Notes under the pieces: generated by a model
Told to the model about the DNA's origin: nothing
The model's input: only the letters and a program-made list of their open reading frames with translations
Databases searched by the model: none
Program-made: the position numbers and the translations under genes
Source of the DNA: Minisyncoccota bacterium
Lineage (GTDB): Bacteria; Patescibacteriota; Minisyncoccia; JAHIHE01; JAGLIN01
Assembly: GCA_041661265.1 (NCBI GenBank)
Contig: JBAZUT010000003.1
Location: 143,191-207,190, forward strand
Direction: 5' to 3'
Length of the DNA: 64,000 bases
Shown: in pieces, positions 56,684 to 64,000 of the stretch
Layout of the letters: each line of letters opens with the position of its first letter
How positions within the stretch are numbered: the stretch's first letter is position 1

Positions 56684-58237
56684 ATGAATAAAAAAATAAG
56701 GACCAGATTCGCACCAAGCCCGACGGGATATCTGCATATCGGAAGCCTCAGAACCGCTTTTTATAACTATCTTTTCGCAAAACATAATGATGGAGTTTTT
56801 ATCCTCCGGATCGAGGATACGGACAGATCCAGATATGTCGAAGGATCGATAGAAAATCTCATCAAAATACTCAATAATATGGGGCTGAGCTATGAAGAGG
56901 GGGTAACGCTGGACAAGGACGGAAAACTCGCTCATAAGGGCAATTTTGGACCGTATATGCAGTCCCAAAGGCTGGATATTTATAGAAAATACGTAGATGA
57001 ACTGGTAAAAAATGACCACGCATATTATTGCTTCTGCAGTCAAGAGCGTCTCGAACAAATGAGAAAGGATCAGCAAGCAAATAAAATGGCTCCCATGTAT
57101 GACGGGAAATGCAAAAAATTGAGCAAAGACGAGATCAATGCGCTCATCGCAAAAAAAACGCCATATGTCATAAGGATGAAAGTTCCAAGGGAAGGCGTTA
57201 CCGAATTTGAGGATATTATATACGGAAAAATATCGGTTCAGAACAATACTATAGACGATCAGGTGCTCTTGAAATCGGACGGATTTCCGACTTACCACAT
57301 GGCGAACATCGTTGATGATCATCTTATGGAAATCACGCATGTTTTGAGGGCTGAGGAATGGCTTCCGTCAACTCCTAAGCACATTCTGTTATATAAAGCT
57401 ATGGGATGGACACCTCCGATTTTCATACACCTTCCGCTTCTGCTAAATCCAACTGGAGGCAAATTGAGCAAACGCCAGGGAGATGTCTCAGTTGAAAACT
57501 ATCTTGAAAAAGGTTATCTCAAAGAGGCTCTTTTGAACTTCGTTCTTCTTCTGGGATGGAACCCGAAAACAGATGAGGAAGTTTTTTCTCCAGATGAGAT
57601 CATAAAAAGATTCGACGTTTCCGGAATAAACCACACTGGAGCCGTTTTTGATGTGAAAAAACTGGATTGGCTGAATGGGGTCTATATACGCAAGACAGAG
57701 CTGGGTGAATTAACCAAGCTTTGCATTCCATATTTGGTCAAGGCGAATTACATCGACGAAATTAAAAATGAAAAGATAAAAGATCAAAATGATAATTCAA
57801 AATTCAAAATTATAGATACAAACGAGGTAATTGATCTTGATCATTTGAAAAAGATCGTTGCGCTTGAACAGGAAAGGATGAAAATGCTTTCCGAAATAGG
57901 GGAGCTTGTGAAATTTATGTTCCGGGACAAGCTTGAGTATGAAAAAGGACTTCTCGCATGGAAAAAAATGACTCTTGAAAATGCAAAAATCAATCTCGGG
58001 ATCGCCCTTGAGGAATTGGCGAAACTGGACGAATCAGAATTCAGCAGGGAAAATATCGAAAAAAAACTGAGAAGCGCCATGGAAGAGAAAAATATCAAAG
58101 CAGGGGAGATCCTCTGGCCCCTTCGCGCCTCGCTTACGGGACTCCAGGCTTCCCCCGGTCCTTTTGAAGTTGCAGAGGCTCTTGGGAGGAGTAAAACACT
58201 GAAGAGAATAAGCGAAGCCATGGAGAAAATTGGCTAA
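56684..58237 (+). CDS. gltX: Glutamyl-tRNA synthetase
   Basis: RFAPSPTGYLHIGSLRTAFYN (HIGH motif) and KLSKR (KMSKS motif). The start is set at the ATG at 56684, in frame with the ORF-track 56600 start. Confidence 0.9.
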   Translation: MNKKIRTRFAPSPTGYLHIGSLRTAFYNYLFAKHNDGVFILRIEDTDRSRYVEGSIENLIKILNNMGLSYEEGVTLDKDGKLAHKGNFGPYMQSQRLDIYRKYVDELVKNDHAYYCFCSQERLEQMRKDQQANKMAPMYDGKCKKLSKDEINALIAKKTPYVIRMKVPREGVTEFEDIIYGKISVQNNTIDDQVLLKSDGFPTYHMANIVDDHLMEITHVLRAEEWLPSTPKHILLYKAMGWTPPIFIHLPLLLNPTGGKLSKRQGDVSVENYLEKGYLKEALLNFVLLLGWNPKTDEEVFSPDEIIKRFDVSGINHTGAVFDVKKLDWLNGVYIRKTELGELTKLCIPYLVKANYIDEIKNEKIKDQNDNSKFKIIDTNEVIDLDHLKKIVALEQERMKMLSEIGELVKFMFRDKLEYEKGLLAWKKMTLENAKINLGIALEELAKLDESEFSRENIEKKLRSAMEEKNIKAGEILWPLRASLTGLQASPGPFEVAEALGRSKTLKRISEAMEKIG

Positions 58238-58288
58238 TCGATCTTCATAATCATTCCAGGGAGCGATCTTCGAATGAGCTGCAATATC

Positions 58289-58308
58289 AATAAAAAAACT
58301 TCAGAATT
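58289..58308 (-). terminator. Rho-independent terminator of the minus-strand gene 58332..58844; it may also serve gltX
   Basis: CTTCAGA-ATTATT-TCTGAAG. On the minus strand the hairpin is followed by TTTTTTTA. Confidence 0.5.
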
Positions 58309-58331
58309 ATTTCTGAAGCATGTAGCATTAT

Positions 58332-58844
58332 TTAATCTCCCGTTTTTCTTTTGATCACATTTATGAGCGCCGGATATTTGCCTGTCGTTTCATTGACATA
58401 TTTCTTAGCATCTCGGACGCTGCCAAATTCTTTTATTATAGCGCCTCCTTCGGGATGAAATCCCAGATAAACGATTACGAGATGCCGATATACCTCGTCT
58501 TCCTGGTCCAAGTTTGTGAAAGACAGGATATCTCCATATTGCATGACAACTTCATTATTAAGCTGAAGCTCGAATTGTACAGACAAATAAAATTCGACGT
58601 TAACGTTTATAGAATTATTTGCAGAATTGTTTATGCGGGAATAATATACGTGATATTCCCTGGCATCTGCCCTATAAAATTCTACTTTCTTTTTTTCAAC
58701 TTGCTTCTGCGCGACATCTGCGCAAGATTGTTCGTTCTGAACTGCGGAAATCCCGATCAATACGCCAGCCGCGAGAGCCAGTACGATCAGCAATAACACA
58801 ATTAGATTTCTCATAACCACATCTCCTCGCCGTCTTAATTTCAT
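58332..58844 (-). CDS. Hypothetical secreted or membrane-anchored protein
   Basis: N-terminal signal/TM helix NLIVLLLIVLALAAGVLIGIS. Confidence 0.4.
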   Translation of the reverse strand: MKLRRRGDVVMRNLIVLLLIVLALAAGVLIGISAVQNEQSCADVAQKQVEKKKVEFYRADAREYHVYYSRINNSANNSINVNVEFYLSVQFELQLNNEVVMQYGDILSFTNLDQEDEVYRHLVIVYLGFHPEGGAIIKEFGSVRDAKKYVNETTGKYPALINVIKRKTGD

Positions 58845-58876
58845 TTTGATGGCATCAAGAACGACAATATACTCTA

Positions 58877-59035
58877 CCCTATATCTTTATTATGGTGCCA
58901 GAAAACCCCGTGGCTTTCCACGGGGATGAATGGCTTATGAAAGATAGTCTCGGCGGAGCCGAAACTGATCATAAAAAACCCACCCAGATACTCCGTTGCT
59001 TGCAGCGGAGTTGGGTTCATTTTTGTAAATATTCG
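58877..59035 (+). ncRNA. GC-rich structured intergenic island; candidate sRNA or leader
   Basis: The 16-nt motif TTTATTATGGTGCCAG is followed by a perfect 8-bp hairpin CCCCGTGG-CTTT-CCACGGGG and then a second hairpin AACCCA..CTCCG-loop-CGGAG.TGGGTT followed by CATTTTTG, which is terminator-like. Confidence 0.3.
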
Positions 59036-59105
59036 AACGGGTCCATTAGATAGACATCGGGATATGTGTTATAATTAAAGCAATTCCATATATCATGAAT
59101 TAAAA

Positions 59106-60431
59106 ATGCTGAAAATAAACAAGAAGGTAACAATAGCCGTTTGTATGTTTTTAATAACGTCTTTTATTGTGACGCCTTTTTATGCCATAGAAGCGGATGT
59201 TGTCGATGAGATAGAAAGCCAGATCAAGGAAAAAAGCGATCAGATAAAAAACCTGGAAAATCAAGCTGCGGAATATAAGGATGTCATAAAAGACCTTCAA
59301 ATGAAACAACAAAGCTTGGATAATGAGATCGAGCTTTTAGATGCGCAGATCGCACAGCTCAATATCGAGATCCAAACGACGCAATCTCAGATCGATCAGG
59401 CCAATCTTGAGATCAATAATCTGCTCATAAGGATCCAGATCAAAGAGGAGGAGATCGGAAAGGAAAAAGAGATACTGCGAAGCCTTCTTCGAAAAATAAA
59501 CGAGTACGACGGAGAGTCTGCTTTCGAGATCCTTCTGAAAACCGAACAATTCTCTGATTTCATAAATCAATCTAATTACGTAGATAAGGTCGGGGAAAAG
59601 ATAAAAAGCACGCTGGACTCGCTGAAACTGATCAAAGGAGAGCTCGAGCAGGAAAAAGCAAATCTGGAAAGCAAGAAAAAAACGCTTGAAGATCTTAATA
59701 AGAAATTAACCGGACAAAAAGATGCCGCCAATTTGCAAAAACAATCGAAAGAAGATCTGCTGACTGACACCAAGGGAAAAGAAAATAAGTATCAAGATCT
59801 CCTGTTCAATGTAAAAAATCAAAAAAATTCGATCTTGGGCGACATCAATAAGCTGAAACGGGAGATGGAGACCGAGATCGCAAGGATCGCAGCGCTTGCT
59901 GAAAGACCCTCGGAAAATCTTGCATCTACGAGCTGGTATTTCACTCAGAACAACCCGAATTGGAAAGACAATACGATAGGATTTTCGGATTCCACCATAG
60001 ATGATTATGGGTGCGCTATTGCGGCAGTCGCGATGGTCTTCAAGTACTATGGCATTGACATAGATCCGGGAAGGCTCGCCAAACAGCCCATATTCTATTA
60101 CGACCTCATCGTCTGGCCGAAGCAATGGAGATATCTGGATCTGGTGAAAAATTCGGGCCACAAATCGGGCGGCCTGAACGAGGATGACTGGAATGTGGTG
60201 GACCGGGAGATCGCAAGCGGCCATCCGGTGATCGTTTTCATCAAAGCGCGGGGAAATGCCGGACATTATGTCGTGATCCACAGTAAAGACAGCAAGGGTT
60301 ATGTAGTACACGACCCCATGACCTGGAACAATCAATCCGGAGCGAATATCTATCTCTCAACCACAAGAAAATATCTGGAATCCATTTATAAGGGGAAAAC
60401 CGTAATAGATCAATACATCATTTATCATTGA
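59106..60431 (+). CDS. Signal-anchored coiled-coil protein with a C-terminal C39-like (Peptidase_C39_2/BtrH-like) cysteine peptidase domain
   Basis: N-terminal TM helix and long heptad coiled coils. The C-terminus has DDYGCAIAAVAMVFKYYGI (Cys nucleophile context) and GHYVVIHS...VHDP (His/Asp). Confidence 0.5.
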   Translation: MLKINKKVTIAVCMFLITSFIVTPFYAIEADVVDEIESQIKEKSDQIKNLENQAAEYKDVIKDLQMKQQSLDNEIELLDAQIAQLNIEIQTTQSQIDQANLEINNLLIRIQIKEEEIGKEKEILRSLLRKINEYDGESAFEILLKTEQFSDFINQSNYVDKVGEKIKSTLDSLKLIKGELEQEKANLESKKKTLEDLNKKLTGQKDAANLQKQSKEDLLTDTKGKENKYQDLLFNVKNQKNSILGDINKLKREMETEIARIAALAERPSENLASTSWYFTQNNPNWKDNTIGFSDSTIDDYGCAIAAVAMVFKYYGIDIDPGRLAKQPIFYYDLIVWPKQWRYLDLVKNSGHKSGGLNEDDWNVVDREIASGHPVIVFIKARGNAGHYVVIHSKDSKGYVVHDPMTWNNQSGANIYLSTTRKYLESIYKGKTVIDQYIIYH

Positions 60432-60440
60432 TCTTAATCT

Positions 60441-60959
60441 ATGGAACTCATACAAGAAATCTGCGATAAGGATATCGGGGAAAAGGGCAATGTGAATGAT
60501 GTCCGCTACAAGATCCGCAGGGCTGTTAGAGCTGTCATATTCAACGATCGAAACGAGATCACGATTCTGAATGTCACAAAAAATAATTACCACAAACTTC
60601 CGGGCGGAGGCATTGAAAAAGATGAGACCGTATTGAATGCTCTCAATCGCGAAATACTTGAAGAGACGGGATGCGAAGCAAAAATAACAGGAGATGTCGG
60701 CGTCATTCTTGAATGCAGAAATAAATTCGAACTGATGCAAATTTCATATTGCTACGCGGCAAAACTTGTGAAAAAATTAAATGATCCGTCATTTACCGAT
60801 AAAGAGGTGCACGAAGGATTCAAGCTGGAATGGATGAAGGTCGATGAGGCGCTGCGGACATTTAAAAGCGACAAACCGATGACATATGAAGGCAGATTTG
60901 TTCAGAAAAGAGATATTGCGTTATTGTCTTCAGTGAACAACGATCGGCCCGCCGCATAA
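60441..60959 (+). CDS. NUDIX hydrolase
   Basis: Nudix box GGGIEKDETVLNALNREILEETG. Confidence 0.75.
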   Translation: MELIQEICDKDIGEKGNVNDVRYKIRRAVRAVIFNDRNEITILNVTKNNYHKLPGGGIEKDETVLNALNREILEETGCEAKITGDVGVILECRNKFELMQISYCYAAKLVKKLNDPSFTDKEVHEGFKLEWMKVDEALRTFKSDKPMTYEGRFVQKRDIALLSSVNNDRPAA

Positions 60960-61481
60960 AATAATATTTTTAAAAAAGAAAAGGGGACAGTTGTCCTTTT
61001 TTTAATACATATGTCGCACGCGATCTTCCGGCGCTGCATGTTTTTCCTTGTAAAAAATACGGCATAAATGGGGATGAACCGACTAAGTTTTAACGGCAAT
61101 TACGATGATATCATAAACAATCGTTTCGCAAGCCATGAATTCTGCGTAATGAAAAAAACCAAAAATTAACGGCCGAAATATTTCTTAAATAAAATAATTA
61201 TAAATTTTACATAGCAGACAATGGCTATATTATATATCAAAAAATATTATAACATTTGAACATCATGCATATATATAATATGGGTTATATCGATCTGAGC
61301 AAATCAATTAAAATCGCTTTGTTTATATACAAAGCAAAAAACACTCTTTCAACGTCGCAAAAGCTACCTTGTGCGACACTGCACAAATCATTTTTAAAAG
61401 CGCTTTCGCGCCTGAAACTTAGCCTTATTCTCGTATTCATCTTTCAATATTCATCTTGGTACTTTCATTATACTCCCTCTC

Positions 61482-61667
61482 CTAACACTTGTCAAGAGGG
61501 GCTGTGCATAACTGCTTACGGCAAGAATATTTTTCTTTGTCACGATTATAAATCTCGAAGACAGTCGGTCTTTTTATCCCGAATATCTTGGCCAGTTCAC
61601 CATAAGAACATCCTTTGTTTCTCATTTCTACCAGCCTTTTGTTTCTTTTAGTTTGTGGTTTTGACAT
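61482..61667 (-). CDS. Small HTH DNA-binding protein (sigma70 region 4 / LuxR-like helix-turn-helix)
   Basis: 61 aa. The segment RNKGCSYGELAKIFGIKRPTVFEIY looks like a helix-turn-helix. It lies adjacent to the integrase. Confidence 0.4.
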   Translation of the reverse strand: MSKPQTKRNKRLVEMRNKGCSYGELAKIFGIKRPTVFEIYNRDKEKYSCRKQLCTAPLDKC

Positions 61668-61726
61668 ATTATTATTGTTAATGTTCTTATCTATATGTTA
61701 GGTGATATTTTCGCAATTGTCAACAC

Positions 61727-62617
61727 CTACACATATTTGCGCGCCGTCTTTTCCATCTCTTTATCGTTAAACTGCAGATAATCGAGCGCGGCGCGCGGGT
61801 TATTCCTCGAATGTCCCAAGATTCTCATAATCTCTACTATGTTACCCCCTAAATCTAAAATGTGGTGAGCTTTTGAGTGCCTGAGGCTATGTGGGCTTAC
61901 TTTCTTCTTTAAGTTTGCACTAGAGGCCATTTCTTTGATCCAGCGCTGAACGGATCGTGTGGTGAGCCTTATTCCCCGGCCTTTTATTCCGGCCATGAAT
62001 AAATGTTCTCTTTGGTTCATGCATAGTCTGATTCCGAGATACTGCATTAAATGCCTATGCGTTTCAGGAGACCAGAATATCCACCTCATGCGATTGCCCT
62101 TTTTGGTTCTTATGAACGCCTTAGGTTCGTTCTCTATGTCGGCGATGTTAAGATCGCATAACTCTGAAACTCTGATCCCCGTTTCCCATAATAGCCTCAA
62201 GATGATCCGTTTTTCGAGTGTGAAAAATTCTGACCTCGTGACTGTGTTTTCCATTTTCTGGTATTCTTCAAAAGTGATGTGACAATGAGGCCGAGGCATA
62301 AACTTTGGCGCGCGGATAATGAACGGATCAATGCATTTTATCCCCTGTCTCCTGTAAAAATCAAAGAAGTTTTTAATTACTATGGTTGCATATGCGACGT
62401 TCGCAATGGCGTATTTGTTTTTCATCATCTGCTGAAATTTAATTATATCCGTTATGCCAATTTCAGATATTATCTTTTTCACAAGTCCATTAAATCTTTC
62501 CAAATGTACGCGATACGTTACTGAGGCTTTGGCTGTGTAAGACCCTTTCCATGACAGATAATCTTCAATTTCTTTCTGTATCATACAAAATGCCACCCCT
62601 TCTATGCCCGCCGTCAA
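61727..62617 (-). CDS. Tyrosine recombinase / phage-type integrase
   Basis: SAM-like N-domain and a C-terminal catalytic domain with R...HSLRHS...LGHS...Y arrangement; 296 aa. Confidence 0.75.
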   Translation of the reverse strand: MTAGIEGVAFCMIQKEIEDYLSWKGSYTAKASVTYRVHLERFNGLVKKIISEIGITDIIKFQQMMKNKYAIANVAYATIVIKNFFDFYRRQGIKCIDPFIIRAPKFMPRPHCHITFEEYQKMENTVTRSEFFTLEKRIILRLLWETGIRVSELCDLNIADIENEPKAFIRTKKGNRMRWIFWSPETHRHLMQYLGIRLCMNQREHLFMAGIKGRGIRLTTRSVQRWIKEMASSANLKKKVSPHSLRHSKAHHILDLGGNIVEIMRILGHSRNNPRAALDYLQFNDKEMEKTARKYV

Positions 62618-62866
62618 GCGAGCATTTCCAGAGTGGCGATAAGATTATACCACGATTCACGTGTAGTTGGAAACGCCTATTTGACGGCAGTCCTTCCGGA
62701 CCCGACCTTTCGGTCATAGGCTGTTAAATAATTAGTTGTGTGTTCTTAAAAATATTCTTAGAGATTATTTGTTACTTTGCACCGTATCAGATTTAAATAT
62801 ATCTGTCAACAGCAATGTCCACAGGCACGAAAAAACAGACGGGTGAAGTCTGTCTTTTCTGAGATA

Positions 62867-63061
62867 TTATCTTCCTCCATTAATTACAGATCCTACGTCA
62901 TAGCCGTATTTTTTAAGGATCTCAGTCCCAACATAAATTGCGCATCCGACAAGGATTGATGCTGCGCCTTTGATGAAGTCTGTCTGGATCATTCCGACTC
63001 CGACTGTGACAAAGACGGTCGCTGCGGTTGAAAGAATCCCACTTGCTGTTGTCTGTTCCAT
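62867..63061 (-). CDS. Small two-TM membrane protein (holin-like?)
   Basis: 64 aa with two hydrophobic helices, a GxxxG-like spacing and a charged C-terminus. Confidence 0.3.
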   Translation of the reverse strand: MEQTTASGILSTAATVFVTVGVGMIQTDFIKGAASILVGCAIYVGTEILKKYGYDVGSVINGGR

Positions 63062-63256
63062 TTTTTTAAATTAAATGATTAATTGAATGATACTTATATC
63101 AGCTTTAATCTTTCCGTTGCTTATAGAGCCTCCTATTGCTTCATTTGTTGGCTTATTTAAGCCTTTTTATGATATTGCGCCTTATCCGTGAAATAATACT
63201 TTTGGGCACGATGATGTGTCTCATTTGTCTCAAAAGTTTTATTACTTCGTTTGCGG

Positions 63257-63868
63257 TCATAAATTCAGAAAGTTTTTCCATTGAAGCGCAGTTGCTCCTC
63301 TGATAATTAAGTAACCTGTCGGATCGCAAAGCACCGGATCACCGAACTTTTTATAGTGGCCGGTAATTTCGGCCAGCGCTTGCTCGTTCGCGATTGAGAA
63401 CCCGATTCTCGTTTCTTCGTCTACAAGGTACTGATTTTTTTCTTTGTCGATTTTTAGTTTGAGCATGGTTTTATTGTTAGGATTAATTTGATCTATTAAT
63501 GTCCAAAGCGAAAACATATTTGATAAATATTCTTCCCCGAAATATCCGAAGCCCTTTTCTCCCCAACCTGTACCCCACGAATTAATGAACTTTATATACT
63601 TCTTGCCGTTGATGAATTTAGCCCCTACAAGATACACCGCATGACCCCATTCGATATTTACTGGAGGCTTGACAAAGGCTGTTTGCCAGCCGGCGTTATC
63701 TCCGTTAAATCCGGAAACGCACCCGTTGTTGTCTCGAATGACTTGAGCGATAGAATCAATAGAAAAAGGTATGACTGAAGCGTAACTTTTGGCTTTATAG
63801 ATCAAAGCCTCACTATCCCCTGCCATGAATTCTCTCATATACGCCTCTGTGGGGGGTTTTCCGTCCAT
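63257..63868 (-). CDS. Papain-family (C1-like) cysteine peptidase
   Basis: NNGCVSGF (Cys nucleophile), GHAVYLVG (His) and NSWGTGWGEKGFGYF, which matches the NSWGxxWGxxGY papain hallmark. Confidence 0.55.
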   Translation of the reverse strand: MDGKPPTEAYMREFMAGDSEALIYKAKSYASVIPFSIDSIAQVIRDNNGCVSGFNGDNAGWQTAFVKPPVNIEWGHAVYLVGAKFINGKKYIKFINSWGTGWGEKGFGYFGEEYLSNMFSLWTLIDQINPNNKTMLKLKIDKEKNQYLVDEETRIGFSIANEQALAEITGHYKKFGDPVLCDPTGYLIIRGATALQWKNFLNL

Positions 63869-64000
63869 ATACGACGGTACATCAAGTTCGGTATTTACGC
63901 CCAGCGCGGTTAATAATTTGCCTCCTAGTCTTATTTCCGCCCCTCCATTCGGGCTGAATATTCTTTGATAAATATCTTTGGCGGATAGATCAGTGAAATT

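Larger units (their letters stand above)
61482..64000. mobile_element. Putative integrated mobile-element or prophage remnant
   Basis: An integrase, an HTH regulator, a holin-like small membrane protein and a papain-like peptidase lie on one strand. An AT-rich boundary sits at 61000-61260. No flanking direct repeats were identified by eye. Confidence 0.35.

Noticed and set aside
56532-56717. 61-aa minus ORF as a RiPP precursor for the radical SAM/SPASM enzyme
   Set aside because: It overlaps the well-supported gltX start and promoter region on the opposite strand and has no Shine-Dalgarno sequence or leader-like motif. It is kept only as a note in the findings.
61256-61651. 131-aa plus-strand ORF opposite the HTH gene
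   Set aside because: It has low-complexity, atypical composition and overlaps a better-supported HTH ORF beside the integrase.

Overview
This is a low-GC (about 37-40%), gene-dense bacterial window with small genes and the standard genetic code, since TGA is used as a stop. It carries several archaeal- or eukaryote-type enzymes: a GT3 glycogen synthase, an archaeal-type UMP kinase, a lone PorA, an eIF-2B-like isomerase and a SemiSWEET. That profile is typical of a reduced Patescibacteria/CPR-like genome. Housekeeping genes present include lysS, serS, gltX, greA, rlmN, parAB, uppP, tsaC, murF, femX-like, ftsQ-like and three tRNAs (Leu-CAA, Pro-GGG, Gly-TCC). A glycogen metabolism cluster (glycogen synthase, GalT, debranching enzyme) sits at the 5' end. 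The most striking region is a single-strand block of roughly 19 kb (30.3-49 kb) that looks like a type IV secretion-like cell-surface apparatus. It holds a lysine/glutamate-rich protein and a 1,893-aa coiled-coil giant with four KOW/SH3-like modules. Two membrane-anchored acidic proteins follow, then an 821-aa VirD4/TrwB-family coupling ATPase. After a tRNA-Gly come a secreted HExxH protein with identical tandem repeats and a 1,051-aa peptidoglycan hydrolase that combines a PGRP amidase, about ten 60-aa repeats and a SpoIID domain. The block ends with four tandem paralogous VirB2/TrbC-like pilin-type genes. VirB4 and VirB6 homologues were not recognised in the window. Other notable items are a LysRS-HD fusion, a membrane-anchored MurF, an AmmeMemoRadiSam pair, a radical SAM/SPASM-MBL-VOC cluster, GC-rich intergenic islands that may be ncRNAs, a heptanucleotide repeat inside a tagA-like gene, and an integrase-bearing mobile-element remnant at the 3' end. 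All calls rest on motif recognition by eye; no database searches were run.
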